From: Vulcanimicrobiota bacterium
GTDB taxonomy: Bacteria; Vulcanimicrobiota; Xenobia; Xenobiales; JADMJV01
DNA: 64,000 nt
Reading direction: 5' to 3'
Assembly: GCA_050250895.1 (NCBI GenBank)
Contig: JBFWNU010000001.1
Coordinates: 96,001-160,000, forward strand
Part shown: piece after piece, positions 37,074-47,739 of the stretch
Layout of the letters: each line of letters begins with the position of its first letter
Position numbering within the stretch: position 1 is the first letter of the stretch
Notes under the pieces: generated by a model
The model's database searches: none
What the model was told of the DNA's origin: nothing
The model's input: the letters and a program-made list of their open reading frames with translations, nothing else
Translations under genes and position numbers: made by a program

Positions 37074-37647
37074 TAACCGGGCCATGACCCTGGTCGAAAC
37101 GCTGGTGGCTGCCGGCCTGAGCTTGCTGTTATTCGTCTGGGCCGTGCGCTGGCTGCTGCCGATGATGGGCCTCCAGGCCCGTGGGTTAGAACGAGCCGAA
37201 TTGCAGCACCAGACCACCCGGGCTCTCAGCCTGCTGCGCCGCGACCTCGGTGCCAGCAATCCGGCCGGGATCCGGACGGTGGTGCGGCCCGACCAGGCGG
37301 TGGTGGCCATTCAACCGCTCGGTTCCGTGGCCTCCGACGGCACGCTCAGCTGGACGCCCGGGCTGGTGCTCTTTCGCTACGACCAGGAGCGCAGACAGGT
37401 GGCGCGACTTGAGTGGGACGCCCCCGCCGGTGCCTCTCTGAGAAGACCGCTGGCCTTGAGCGATGACCAGCTCTTGAGTCTCTCGAACCAGGCGCGCCTG
37501 GATCGGGTAGTGGCCACCAACGTCTTTCACTTCTCGGTCGAGGGTCAGACCCTGCCGCTGCGTATCGAAGTCGGCCTGCTTGGCCGGTTCGACGGCAATC
37601 GCTATTGCGTGGCCGAGACCTTTGGTTTGAGGACCCCCACCCGATGA
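37051..37647 (+). CDS. Type IV prepilin-like protein (PilW/PulJ-like)
   Basis: RA|MTLVETLVA signal, L.RDL motif. Confidence 0.75.
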   Translation: MLQHYRNNNRAMTLVETLVAAGLSLLLFVWAVRWLLPMMGLQARGLERAELQHQTTRALSLLRRDLGASNPAGIRTVVRPDQAVVAIQPLGSVASDGTLSWTPGLVLFRYDQERRQVARLEWDAPAGASLRRPLALSDDQLLSLSNQARLDRVVATNVFHFSVEGQTLPLRIEVGLLGRFDGNRYCVAETFGLRTPTR

Positions 37648-38639
37648 ACACTCGCGACGCCGCCAGCTTTTGCCGAACCCTGGGGATGATGTACCGGGCC
37701 GGCCTGCCCATCCATCGCAGTCTGACCGTATTGGGTCAGCGCGAGGCGGTGGCCTACCTGATGCGAGGAGAGCCCTTATGGCGCTCGCTGCAGCGGGCTC
37801 GAGTACTTGACCGGGTACCCATCCAGATGATCCGGCTAGGCGAAACCGTGGGCAACCTGCCCCAGGTGCTGGACCGCCTGACCGAGTTTCTGGATTGTCT
37901 CAACCGCGCCCGCGGACGCATTCTCAGCGCCCTGGCCTATCCCGCCATGGTGCTTTTGGTGTGCCTGGCGGTGCTGGCCTGGCTACCCGGCTTTCTCTTT
38001 CGCCCGGTGCTCGAATTTCTGGCCAATACCGGGGGTGAGTTGCCCACTGCCACCCGACTGGCTCTCTTCTTGTGTGCGGCCCTACGCAACCCTCTGCTGT
38101 GGCTGGGCGCGGCCGTGCTCTTAGGCCTGACCTATCGAGCCTTCAAAAACCGGCAGGCTCCCCTCGACCCTGGGTGGGAGCAACGGTTGCTCAGGCTGCC
38201 GGCGGCGGGGCGAGGCTGGCGAAATCTGGTGGCGCTTCGCTTCGGCCGCGGACTCGAGGGTGTGCTGGCCAGTGGGGCGCCTCTGATGACGGGCCTGAGT
38301 CTATGCGCTGAGGCCTCTGGCAGCGGGCTCTTCCAAAGTCAAGTCCGCAGCTTGATCGAGGACATGCGCAACGGGCACTCGCTGGCCAACGCTCTCGAGC
38401 GGCTCGACCTGCTCCCCCTGGCCTATCGGCGAGCTCTCAAAGTGGGAGCGGAAACGGGCCGGCTCGAGCAGATGTTGCCGTCGCTCAATACCATGGCCGA
38501 AGAAGAATTCGAGCTTCTGCTCGAGAGTCTGGTCACCTTGCTCGAACCGCTGGTGATGTTGCTTCTGGGTGGACTGGTGGCCCTGATGATCGCGGCCACT
38601 CTGTCCCCCTTCTTGGAACTGATGAGGTCTGTGTTATGA
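37644..38639 (+). CDS. Type II secretion system F / PilC family protein
   Basis: Two T2SSF repeats (AGLPI..SL; GETVGNL; AL.YP; GAETGRL; LEP). Confidence 0.9.
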   Translation: MNTRDAASFCRTLGMMYRAGLPIHRSLTVLGQREAVAYLMRGEPLWRSLQRARVLDRVPIQMIRLGETVGNLPQVLDRLTEFLDCLNRARGRILSALAYPAMVLLVCLAVLAWLPGFLFRPVLEFLANTGGELPTATRLALFLCAALRNPLLWLGAAVLLGLTYRAFKNRQAPLDPGWEQRLLRLPAAGRGWRNLVALRFGRGLEGVLASGAPLMTGLSLCAEASGSGLFQSQVRSLIEDMRNGHSLANALERLDLLPLAYRRALKVGAETGRLEQMLPSLNTMAEEEFELLLESLVTLLEPLVMLLLGGLVALMIAATLSPFLELMRSVL

Positions 38640-40972
38640 AAAGATGGCTCCCCCCAATCCTGGTCCTGGCTATCGGTCTGATGTTGGTGGTCTTTTTGCG
38701 CCTGGAGGAGACGAAGGCTCGGGCCCAGGCCGACCAGGGTCTGGCTCGGCTGGCCACCCTGGGGGCCGAGCCGCTCCTTCTGGGGATCAACGAGCAGCTC
38801 GATCTCGAGTGGGTCCGGGCCTTTCCTCAGCTACGAGGGCTAGAGGTGGCCGACAATGAGGGCAAAGTCCTCGAGCGTTTCGGCGAGAGTGGCCAGGGAC
38901 AGCTCTTCACCGTGCGTTCCGCCGGCCAGGCCATCGGCAGCGTCAGGCTCAATACGGCTGCCGTCAAATGGAGTCCGTTGCCTCTGGTGGCCGTGCTCTT
39001 GATGACGGCCCTCACCCTGGCCTCGACCTCGAAGCCGGTCCGTCTGGTGGCCGCCACTTCTCCCCCGCCAACGCCTGCATTGCTACCCGAGAATCTGACG
39101 GGATCGATTCGCAGCGCTCTGGGAGAGGTCGGGCAAACCGACGCCGGCAAAGCCCTGGCTCGCGAGCTGTCCGACCAGCTGCGAGCCGGCAGCGTGGTGC
39201 TGGAGCTCAACCGTGACCTGACCATCCGCTCGGTGGGCGGCTCGCTCGAGGGTCTGGGCTATGCTCGAACCGAGATGGTGGGTAAGCCGATCACCGCCTT
39301 TCTAAAGGGCTTTCGGCCCGACCAGATCGAGGAACAACAGGCCAGTTGCCTGACCAAGGCCGGCGCTCCGCTGGCCTCGCATGTCTCGGCTGTGCCGGTC
39401 TTGAGCCCCTCCGGCGAACTCGAGAAAGTGGTCGTCGTGATGCGCGACAGCACCTCGGGCGGGCGGCGCGTGCGCGAGCGCCTGGGCGAACTCGAGGCTC
39501 TACACCGCAGCCTTTGTGACAACGCCAACGACCTGATCGTCAGCGTCACCGCCGACGGCACTATAGCCTATGCCAACCAACGCTGGCGCGATCTCACCGG
39601 CGAAGAAGAGTCGATCGGGCGCACGTTGTTGATGACGGTCACTCCCAAACATCGCCTCGGCTGTCAGGAGTATTTCTATCAGGCCCTGATGCAGGGCCGG
39701 GCCGGTCCGTTCGAACTGCAGATCCAGGGCGACGCCCCGGCCACGCTCGAGGGCTCCTTCCACCTCACTCCCAAGGTCGAGGGCCGCCCCCAGCTGATCA
39801 TGGGCATCTTTCGCGATGTCACCTCTCAGCGCGAAGCCGAAGAGCGCTTTCGTCACGCCCAGAAGATGGAGGCGGTAGGTCGATTGGCGGGGGGTATCGC
39901 CCACGACTTCAACAACCTGCTGACCATCATCTTCAGCTATACCTCGATGCTCGAGATGGAGGCAGAAGAGCACGAGGAGTTGATCGAGTACGTGCGCGAG
40001 TTGCGCCAGGCGTCGGAGCGCGCTGCCGGCCTGACGCGCCAGCTTCTGCTCTTTAGCCGAAGCCAGACCGACGAGCCGGTGGTGCTCTCGCTCAACGGCC
40101 TGACCCGGGATCTGACCCGCCTGGCCGAGCGCCTGCTGGGTGAGAAGATCGATCTGCAGCTCTTGCTCGAGGCCAAGCCAGACCTGGTGATGGGCGACCA
40201 GAGCCAGCTTGAACAGGTGCTGATGAATCTGCTGGTCAACGCTCGCGACTCTCTCAACGGCGAGGGGCGGGTGCGCGTGCAGACCGGCCGTCGTCGCATC
40301 GACGGTGGCGTTCCCAAAGGGCTCAAGCCCGGCGAGTATGTCTTTCTCGAGGTCTCGGACAACGGTTGTGGCATTCCCGAGGATTATCTCAACCGCATCT
40401 TCGAACCCTATTTCACCACCAAGATCGGCGGCCGCGGCACCGGACTGGGCCTTTCCACCGTCTATGCTATCGTGGAACGCTATCAAGGCCAAATTCAAGT
40501 TGACAGTCAGCTCGGACAGGGCACCACCTTTACCGTTCTGTTGCCAGCGGCCCACAAGTCGGCGGTGGAGGCCAATCAGGCCAGCGTCGAGGAAGCCTGT
40601 TGCCAGGGTCACGGCCAGACGGCCTTGCTGGTCGAGGACGAAGAAGCTGTGCGCAGCGCCATCGGAACCATGCTCTCTCGCTGCGGCTTTCGGGTGTTGT
40701 CAGCTCGCGATGGAGAAGAAGGCGAGGGAATGATCCAGCAACACGTCGACGAGATCGACCTGCTGGTGACAGACCTGGTCTTGCCCAAGCGGAGCGGCCC
40801 CGAAATCGCTTCCGTCTACGCTCAGAAGAAACCCGACGGCAAGATTCTCTACGTCTCGGGCTATCCTGCCGACGTCATCCGCGACCACGGGCTACCCGGC
40901 CAGGGAGCCTTTCTAAGCAAACCGTTTGGAGTCTCGGAGCTGCGTTCCAAGCTGAGGTCGCTGAGCGGATGA
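38636..40972 (+). CDS. Membrane hybrid sensor histidine kinase (PAS-HisKA-HATPase-REC)
   Basis: AHDFNNLL, NLLVNARD, DNGCG, GTGLGL, C-terminal receiver. Confidence 0.93.
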   Translation: MKRWLPPILVLAIGLMLVVFLRLEETKARAQADQGLARLATLGAEPLLLGINEQLDLEWVRAFPQLRGLEVADNEGKVLERFGESGQGQLFTVRSAGQAIGSVRLNTAAVKWSPLPLVAVLLMTALTLASTSKPVRLVAATSPPPTPALLPENLTGSIRSALGEVGQTDAGKALARELSDQLRAGSVVLELNRDLTIRSVGGSLEGLGYARTEMVGKPITAFLKGFRPDQIEEQQASCLTKAGAPLASHVSAVPVLSPSGELEKVVVVMRDSTSGGRRVRERLGELEALHRSLCDNANDLIVSVTADGTIAYANQRWRDLTGEEESIGRTLLMTVTPKHRLGCQEYFYQALMQGRAGPFELQIQGDAPATLEGSFHLTPKVEGRPQLIMGIFRDVTSQREAEERFRHAQKMEAVGRLAGGIAHDFNNLLTIIFSYTSMLEMEAEEHEELIEYVRELRQASERAAGLTRQLLLFSRSQTDEPVVLSLNGLTRDLTRLAERLLGEKIDLQLLLEAKPDLVMGDQSQLEQVLMNLLVNARDSLNGEGRVRVQTGRRRIDGGVPKGLKPGEYVFLEVSDNGCGIPEDYLNRIFEPYFTTKIGGRGTGLGLSTVYAIVERYQGQIQVDSQLGQGTTFTVLLPAAHKSAVEANQASVEEACCQGHGQTALLVEDEEAVRSAIGTMLSRCGFRVLSARDGEEGEGMIQQHVDEIDLLVTDLVLPKRSGPEIASVYAQKKPDGKILYVSGYPADVIRDHGLPGQGAFLSKPFGVSELRSKLRSLSG

Positions 40973-42537
40973 AAACGGTCCTCGCGATGTGGCTGGCTCT
41001 CAGCCTGGCGGTCCTGGCCGACCCTGTCGAGATTCACTTCGAGACCGTCCCGGCCGGCGCCAGCGTCCTGCTACAGACCAGCCACGGAGAGCAAGCCCTC
41101 CCTCGCCGGGGGCCGGCGGTGGAGTTCGACCCCAGCCGGGCTCAAGATGCCATTCTCACCTTTCGACTCATCAAGAACGGCTACGAGACGCTCGAGGTGC
41201 ACATTCCTCGCGAACGGCTGAACCATTCGCCCATTCGCTGGCCCCCGGACTCGACCCGCTACCTGCGACTGCAGCCACAACTGGTGCAGGCGACCTTTCA
41301 CACTCGCCCTGCGGGAGCCGCCGTGTGGGCGGTTAGGGCGGGGCAGTCCGACGAGTATCTGGGCCGCAGCGACGAGGTCTTGAGCCTGAGCCTGGCCCAA
41401 CTACTAGGCGATACCCAATCCGGCTTCTTTCAGGTCCAATTCCGCCTCGACGGCTATCACGCCGAGACGATCCCCATCTCCAACCACTTCTTCGGACCCG
41501 GCCGCGCGAACCTGTGGCCGCCAGATGGTGCCTATGGCTTGAGGCCGGTTGGCGGATGGCCGGTCCGCGCCTGGTCCTGGTTACGACAGAATCCAACGCT
41601 AGCCGCCTCGGCTTTGATGTTGACCGTGGTCCTGCTCAGCCTTGGCTGGCCCCTGGCCTCTGGTCTGGGGCGCCGTCTGGCCCGGGCCCGAGTGCTCGAG
41701 GACGCTCGCGCCAGCGAGAGCGCCAGCCTGGTCGGCAGGCGCCTCGGCCAATACCGCTTGCTGGCGCCATTGGGCGCCGGGGGAATGGCCAGCGTCTATC
41801 ATGCGGTTCCCGACGAAGCGTTCGGCGGTCCTCCCTGCGCCATCAAGGTGCTCAACTACGGACAGGACCATGAAGCGTTCAAGCGCGAGGCCAATCTGCT
41901 ACGCCAGTTGCAGCACCCGAACATCGTCCGGCTCGACGACTGGGGCGAACAGAACGGCCTTTACTACCTGGTGACCGAGCTGGTCCAGGGGACGACGCTC
42001 GAGGAGCAGCTGCTGACGCCGATGCCGGCCGAACGGCTGCTGGCGCTGATGCAACCCGTCATGGCGGCGGTGGATTTCGCTCATCAGCGCGGCATCGTGC
42101 ACTGCGACCTTAAGCCCGCCAACGTGCTGGTCGACCGCGACGGCACCCCCAAGGTGGCCGACTTCGGCATCGCCCGCCTGCTCGAGCAACAGCCCGAGCA
42201 GGAGAGCCGCCTGTTGGGAACCCCGGGCTATCTTGCGCCCGAGCGCTTCTCGGGTCGCCCAGCTACCGGAGCCGCCGACCAATATGCCCTGGGAGTGATG
42301 CTCTATCGCGGCCTGACCGGCCATCTGCCCTTCCCCGTCGAGCCGGGCGCCCTGCTCAGCCCCGACCAGGTAGGGGGCCGTCCCCCCTCCTGCGCAGAGA
42401 TCCCCCCGGGGCTGCGTGAGGTGGTCGCCAGAATGCTGGCCCCCAGGCCGGAAGATCGCTTCGAAAGCGTCGGCGCGGCCCTGGTCGCCCTGACTGCGAT
42501 TCCACTGTCTGTGGCCTCGTGGCCCACCTCGACCTAA
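40969..42537 (+). CDS. Membrane Hanks-type Ser/Thr kinase with N-terminal extracellular PEGA-like domains
   Basis: Signal peptide, TM, LGAGGMA.VY, AIK, HCDLKPAN, DFG, GTPGYLAPE; ATGA overlap with upstream gene. Confidence 0.92.
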   Translation: MKTVLAMWLALSLAVLADPVEIHFETVPAGASVLLQTSHGEQALPRRGPAVEFDPSRAQDAILTFRLIKNGYETLEVHIPRERLNHSPIRWPPDSTRYLRLQPQLVQATFHTRPAGAAVWAVRAGQSDEYLGRSDEVLSLSLAQLLGDTQSGFFQVQFRLDGYHAETIPISNHFFGPGRANLWPPDGAYGLRPVGGWPVRAWSWLRQNPTLAASALMLTVVLLSLGWPLASGLGRRLARARVLEDARASESASLVGRRLGQYRLLAPLGAGGMASVYHAVPDEAFGGPPCAIKVLNYGQDHEAFKREANLLRQLQHPNIVRLDDWGEQNGLYYLVTELVQGTTLEEQLLTPMPAERLLALMQPVMAAVDFAHQRGIVHCDLKPANVLVDRDGTPKVADFGIARLLEQQPEQESRLLGTPGYLAPERFSGRPATGAADQYALGVMLYRGLTGHLPFPVEPGALLSPDQVGGRPPSCAEIPPGLREVVARMLAPRPEDRFESVGAALVALTAIPLSVASWPTST

Positions 42538-42612
42538 ACTAGCCGGCGAGTTCGACCCCATCCGGTTGGCCGACTTCTCTGCCGATGGACGTCGTGGCGC
42601 GGAGGGCGAAAG

Positions 42613-43332
42613 GTGCCGAGCGCGAACCGGCTATCTATGCAGCCCAGACTCCTCTTGCTCCTTAGCGCCTTCTTCTGCCTATCAGCTCTGGCGTCGGCAC
42701 AACCCACCGGAATCTTCATGGTCGGAGAATCCGAAGGTGATGACTTTCGCCGCCGGCTGACCCTGAACGGCCAACGAGGGACTCTGAGTGAGCTCGAGCC
42801 GGCAGAGGCGCCCTCGGTGGAGTTCACAGTCACGGCCATCGGGGCCAGACTCTATCACCTTCGCGGCACCGAGCAGCGGGAGCCCTTTCGAGCTTACCTT
42901 CGATTTCGCTCCGACCACGACGCACTCATCTGGGTGTCGGGACAGAACCGGCTGTTTCTGGCCCTTCGCCAGGCGGACACGAGCCTGGTGGAGGAACTCC
43001 AGGGTGACTGGAAGGCCCTGGTCGCAGACCAATTGGCCAGCGCCAACCTCACCGGTGACCAACTGGTTCTGCCAACCCCAAGCGGCGAGCTGCGGGCGCG
43101 ACTCATTCCCCTGGTCCCGGACGCTGAGGGCGAAGTGCGGATGGTGGCAGTTCCTGAAAACCAGGACTCGTTCTTGCTCTATTTCGTGGCCCTAGAACCC
43201 GATCTCTGGCTGCTGCGAAACCACGAGGAGGACGACTTCGTGCTGCTCTTTCGTGGAGAAACGCCCCCCTGGGTGAACGCTGAGCTCAAAGCTCGGAAAG
43301 AACAACAAACGCTGGTCGCGCCCCCTGAGTAG
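42613..43332 (+). CDS. Hypothetical secreted protein
   Basis: Signal peptide from ATG 42637. Confidence 0.7.
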   Translation: MPSANRLSMQPRLLLLLSAFFCLSALASAQPTGIFMVGESEGDDFRRRLTLNGQRGTLSELEPAEAPSVEFTVTAIGARLYHLRGTEQREPFRAYLRFRSDHDALIWVSGQNRLFLALRQADTSLVEELQGDWKALVADQLASANLTGDQLVLPTPSGELRARLIPLVPDAEGEVRMVAVPENQDSFLLYFVALEPDLWLLRNHEEDDFVLLFRGETPPWVNAELKARKEQQTLVAPPE

Positions 43333-43349
43333 CTCGAAGCCCTTGCCCG

Positions 43350-44213
43350 ATGAAGCCCTTCTGGAGTTGCTCCGCTCATAGCGAACACGGCGCCCGGCCC
43401 TGGCCCGCCCGCCCTCTCCTGAACCAGGCCTGGACGAGATTTTGGGAACCAGCCTACTACGCAGCGCTCGTGGCCAGCGGTCGGCTGGCGGCCCGCCTCA
43501 AGCTCAACCTGGTCGAGGCCGGTAGTGGAGGCTTCTCCAAGCGGCGGCGGCGCTGGGCTCCGCTGGCGGTGGGAATGGCCAATTGGTATCTTCGCGTCAC
43601 GGGCGCGGGGTTTCGCATGCTCACCTGCCAAGAATGGCTCGCCTGGGAGCGCGCCGTGCACACTCAGGTCTTGAGCCGGCCCGTTCGGGTCGATGGGGTG
43701 ACCCTGCACACGCCGGCTTTGCCTGGAACAACGCTCCTTGAATACTTGGCCTCTTCCGACTCTGGGCCGGCTAAAGTCGAAGCGATAACAAGCGCTTTGG
43801 CGGAACTAAGACGCTTGCACCATCTTCAGGTCAATGGCAACTGGTTTACTCATGGCGATGCGGCCACCCACAACGTCTGCTATGCAGACGGACAGGCCTT
43901 CTGGCTCGACTTCGAGCGTCGGCATCGGGGCCGCGGGTTGGTCTGGTGTCGCGCTCAGGACCTGCTGGCGTTCGTCAACTCGGCGGCCACCGCCCTCAAA
44001 GAAGACCTTGGACTGCTTAAGCGGGCGCTGGTGCGTGGTTATCCCGATCCGGAGGTACTGCAAGAACTGGCTGGGCAGGCTCGCGATTGGCGCTCCAACC
44101 CGGTCGATCTCCAGGTGATTCAGGCCCCCTGGAGCTACTCCCTCCGCTCCAGGCTCGAAGAGCTTCTCAGCGACTGTTCTGTCAACGCCTCCGTGGCTGA
44201 ACCCACGAGCTGA
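43350..44213 (+). CDS. Kinase-like fold hypothetical protein
   Basis: LRRLH...HGDA..HN and LDFE resemble the catalytic and Mg-binding loops of APH/Kdo-like kinases. Confidence 0.55.
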   Translation: MKPFWSCSAHSEHGARPWPARPLLNQAWTRFWEPAYYAALVASGRLAARLKLNLVEAGSGGFSKRRRRWAPLAVGMANWYLRVTGAGFRMLTCQEWLAWERAVHTQVLSRPVRVDGVTLHTPALPGTTLLEYLASSDSGPAKVEAITSALAELRRLHHLQVNGNWFTHGDAATHNVCYADGQAFWLDFERRHRGRGLVWCRAQDLLAFVNSAATALKEDLGLLKRALVRGYPDPEVLQELAGQARDWRSNPVDLQVIQAPWSYSLRSRLEELLSDCSVNASVAEPTS

Positions 44214-44509
44214 GAGGCCCGCCGAGTGGCTTTCCCGAGACACCCTCTTCGAGGGCTGAAGTCGCGGTGACCCTTCTGCCTTCAAACTCCTTACTAGCCA
44301 CAGCGATGCTTGCGTCAATTTGTCCGGCTTGCTTCGGCCTCGCGACGGTCCCCCAAGGCCCAATTCGGTGAACATTTCCTTGTCGAAGAACTCGATCATC
44401 TCGGTCGTCTGTGACCGGAATTGGCGCCTCTTCTCGGGCCGCCCGGGGGCTCCCGTCGATAGAATTGTGAACTTTCACGCCCAACTCGTTCGCTATCGAA
44501 CTGAAGCCT

Positions 44510-44625
44510 CGAACTGAGCGCCAGCTCAGTTCGCTCCCATCTCGGCGCCCTGCGCCGCTCCCATCTCCACGAAGTGGCTCCCCTCTCGTCGGCGAAGCCG
44601 GCGCTTTTTGTCGGCCGAAGGGCGA
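44510..44625. repeat. Intergenic hairpin cluster related to the 204-bp and 72-bp repeats
   Basis: GAACTGAGC/GCTCAGTTC stem, GCTCCCATCTC linker twice, CCAC-GAA-GTGG, CGGC-GAA-GCCG. Confidence 0.6.
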
Positions 44626-44629
44626 GAAG

Positions 44630-45547
44630 CTACTTGAAGTTGACTGGTGAGTTCACTTTCCAGCCGCCCTCTTTGACCAGCTCGAGAGTGGCTTTTTTCG
44701 GCACTTTCTCACCGGTTTGAAGGTCGGTAATGGGCATCTCGACCACCACCGTGGCCGTATCAGAGCCGACCTGCTCGTCGACCACCGTGGGCGTGCCGGT
44801 GCGCAAATCCTCGAGGAAAGTGAACATCGTCTTGAGCATCAATTGCACGAAAGGGTTGTCGCCGCCACCTTCGGCACCCGCAGCCGCAGGCTTCTGGGCG
44901 GCCATCTGTTCTCGAGAAGCCTTCATCTTTTGTTTCATCTCTTTGCGCAGCGCTTTGGACATGTAGGGCATCTGCTGGACCGCCAGCTGTTCCATGGCCT
45001 CCATGCCGGCTTTGAGATCGGCCTCGTTCTTCATGGCCAGCAGCGACTCGGCCGAAGGGAGGTTCTTCATGGTCGCCATCATTGCCATCACCACTTCGCC
45101 GGGCGATTTGCCCACGGCCGGCTCGTTACTCCAGTCGCCCCCGCTCGGGGCGACCACCTGGTCGACCAGATACACATCGACCGTGCCAAGCTCTTTGTTG
45201 GGAGTGACCTTGGCACCCAGTTGCCTGGCCACTTCCGCCAGGTTGACCATCACTGGGCCCGCTCCAGAGGTGCTGCTGACCGGCTTGCCTTCGACCACCA
45301 CTACGCCCTCGGAGATCAATTCCCGACCGTTCTGGTCGTCGGGTTGGCGGGTCACCAACCAGCCGCCTTCGACGGCGCGGGCATGCACTCCCAGGGCCTG
45401 AGCCAGAGGCGCCAATTCGACCATCATCTGGGCTCCACTACCGCTGACCGCACCCTGGAAGGGTCGATTGCGAATGAACAATTCCTCCGCTTGGGCGGCC
45501 CCTCCCAGCAGGCAAAGAAAGAACACCAAGACAACCCACGAACGCAT
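44630..45547 (-). CDS. Hypothetical secreted protein
   Basis: Signal peptide MRSWVVLVFFLCLLGGAAQA; GGGAGG RBS. Confidence 0.8.
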   Translation of the reverse strand: MRSWVVLVFFLCLLGGAAQAEELFIRNRPFQGAVSGSGAQMMVELAPLAQALGVHARAVEGGWLVTRQPDDQNGRELISEGVVVVEGKPVSSTSGAGPVMVNLAEVARQLGAKVTPNKELGTVDVYLVDQVVAPSGGDWSNEPAVGKSPGEVVMAMMATMKNLPSAESLLAMKNEADLKAGMEAMEQLAVQQMPYMSKALRKEMKQKMKASREQMAAQKPAAAGAEGGGDNPFVQLMLKTMFTFLEDLRTGTPTVVDEQVGSDTATVVVEMPITDLQTGEKVPKKATLELVKEGGWKVNSPVNFK

Positions 45548-45621
45548 AAAATCTCCCTCCCAGGACTTTGCGAACTCCATCGTTTCAACCTTCTGTAAGC
45601 ATGGCTTGATAGGCTGCAGGA

Positions 45622-47085
45622 GTGAACGTGCGCCCACCCACGCCAGGGTTGAGATACGTTGCTTTAGGTGACAGCCTCACGGCGGGCTTTCAAGACCTCA
45701 CGCTGTGCGGCGAGAGCCAGGTCAAAGGCTTTCCCCAGCTGATCGCCGACGCGGCCGATATCGACTTCGAGACCCCCGCGGTCGGCAATCCCGGCGCCCC
45801 GCCCTGTCTTTTCCGAGGGGGTCGAGCAACCGCCTGGCATGCCCTGGGCCAGGTCTGCAAAGTGGCGCTGGGAATGGCTCTTCCCGGAGCCTTTCTGGCC
45901 GGCGGTTGGGTGCCCCCCGAAAGCACACTCCTGCCCCTGAACTGGCTGCTGGGCAGTCGCCAGGCCAGCCAGCGCCCGGCCGACAATCTGGGGGTCCCGG
46001 GTTTTGAGCTGCGCCACCTCGAGACCATTGCCAACACCAACGATCTGATGGCCGAGATGGCAGGACGGGCTACCTTCATGGGTCAGATGCCCATCATCGC
46101 CCCGGTAGTCAAAGCCGTGCTCCAACAAGGTGGCAACTGCAGCCAGGGTAAATCGGCAGTCACCCGCGCCGTCGAGGCCAATCCCGATCTGATCACCCTG
46201 TGGGCCGGCTCCAACGACGCCCTCGAGCCCGCTCTGATGGGCCATGTCGATGACCAGACCTTGACTCCGCTCGAGGACAAGCGCTGGACCTATCACGCTT
46301 ACAACCCGCTCAGCGGCACCCGGACTCCCTACGAGACCCAGCAGGTGATGCCCGGTTTTCGCAGCTCGCTCGACAGCCTGGTCACCCGGCTGCTCAAAGA
46401 GACCAGTGCCGAGATCCTGATGATGAATCTGCCCGACGTGACCCTCATCCCTTATCTGCGTGAGGTCGGTCAACCGGTGGGGCGCCTGCCGTTCCGGGTG
46501 GTGACGCTCGGCGGCAAAGACATCACCGAGTCGCTCGAGAACTGGAAGATCCCTGACGAGGTTCGTTCGCCCCAGCCCGGCGCCCGCGATCGCTTCCCGG
46601 CCGGCACCAAGGTCGGTCTCGGGTTCGTCCTGGCCAAGTTCTCGTCCAAAGAGCAACGCTTCACCGAAGATGAGGTGCTCGACCCCGACGAACTCGAGAC
46701 CATTCGCGAGCGCACCGCCGAATTCAACCAGCTGATCGAGCAGGCTGCCAACAGCAGCGAGCGCATCCATCTGGTGGATGTGGCTGCCCTCTTGCAGCGC
46801 TCCCGCAACGGAGTCGCCCTTCGCGGCGAAGGCCCCGAGGACACGGTCATCAACAACTTCGCCGGAGTCCGCAACGCGGCCAACCAGGACGGCTACTTCA
46901 GCTACGACGGTATCCACCCCAGCGATGTCGGCCACGCCATCCTGGCCAACGAGATGCTGACGGTGGCCAGGGCCAAGCTGTCCGAGAACCCGCGCTTTGG
47001 CCAGCTCACCAACGCTTCCCTGATCGACGAGAAGGCGATTCACGCCGACGATCCCCGCACCCGACCGGTGCTGGTTCTCCGCTAA
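45622..47085 (+). CDS. SGNH/GDSL hydrolase
   Basis: ALGDSLTAG, N.GVPG, GSND, DGIHPS. Confidence 0.9.
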   Translation: MNVRPPTPGLRYVALGDSLTAGFQDLTLCGESQVKGFPQLIADAADIDFETPAVGNPGAPPCLFRGGRATAWHALGQVCKVALGMALPGAFLAGGWVPPESTLLPLNWLLGSRQASQRPADNLGVPGFELRHLETIANTNDLMAEMAGRATFMGQMPIIAPVVKAVLQQGGNCSQGKSAVTRAVEANPDLITLWAGSNDALEPALMGHVDDQTLTPLEDKRWTYHAYNPLSGTRTPYETQQVMPGFRSSLDSLVTRLLKETSAEILMMNLPDVTLIPYLREVGQPVGRLPFRVVTLGGKDITESLENWKIPDEVRSPQPGARDRFPAGTKVGLGFVLAKFSSKEQRFTEDEVLDPDELETIRERTAEFNQLIEQAANSSERIHLVDVAALLQRSRNGVALRGEGPEDTVINNFAGVRNAANQDGYFSYDGIHPSDVGHAILANEMLTVARAKLSENPRFGQLTNASLIDEKAIHADDPRTRPVLVLR

Positions 47086-47112
47086 GCGCCGCCCGGAAGC
47101 AGGGTCAGAATT

Positions 47113-47739
47113 CTAGATCAGGTTGCGGCGGCGGGCCGTCTCGAGGGCCTGGAACAGATTCTTCGAATCGAGCCGTTTGAGAATGCCGCTGCGATACTTT
47201 TCGATGGTCTTGGGACTCAGGCACATGTCGTCGGCAATCTCGCGGGTAGTCAAGCCCCTCGAGATGCGCAGCATGACTTCGCGTTGGCGAGAGGTCAGCG
47301 GATTCTCGGGTCCGGGCTCGCGGCTGCGGACGGCCGTGGCCAGCGCCGCTGCGGCTTCTTTCGAGAGGTGATGGTGTCCGCGGGCCACAGAACGAAGAGC
47401 CTGCAGGTATTCCTCGGCCCCGGCCGACTTGGAGAGGTAACCATGCACCCCCGACTCGACTAACATCTGCACCTCGTTGGGTTCCGAGCGACAGGTGCAG
47501 ATGAGCACGGCCGTGTCCGGCTGCTCTTCGAGCAGGCGCAGAGCCACCTCGCGCCCGCTGGACCCCGGCACTTCGAGGTCGATAGAGACGACATCGGGTC
47601 GCGCCTGCCGGACGGTGGCCCAGAGTTCGTCCGCGGTGGTGGCCTCGCCCACTACCTCCATGTCATTCTGGGAATTGATCAGCCGAGAGAAAGCATTGCG
47701 CACCATCAGATGGTCTTCCAGTAGCATTACACGAATCAC
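47113..47739 (-). CDS. NarL/LuxR-family response regulator
   Basis: Receiver plus LT.RQ.EV...GLT.REIA..M.LSPKT helix-turn-helix. Confidence 0.93.
   Translation of the reverse strand: MIRVMLLEDHLMVRNAFSRLINSQNDMEVVGEATTADELWATVRQARPDVVSIDLEVPGSSGREVALRLLEEQPDTAVLICTCRSEPNEVQMLVESGVHGYLSKSAGAEEYLQALRSVARGHHHLSKEAAAALATAVRSREPGPENPLTSRQREVMLRISRGLTTREIADDMCLSPKTIEKYRSGILKRLDSKNLFQALETARRRNLI

Noticed and set aside
43806-44484. Minus-strand ORFs in the 44.2-44.5 kb gap
   Set aside because: A short stretch (TEMIEFFDKEMFTELG) looks codon-like and may be a gene remnant, but there is no start context or domain to support a call.
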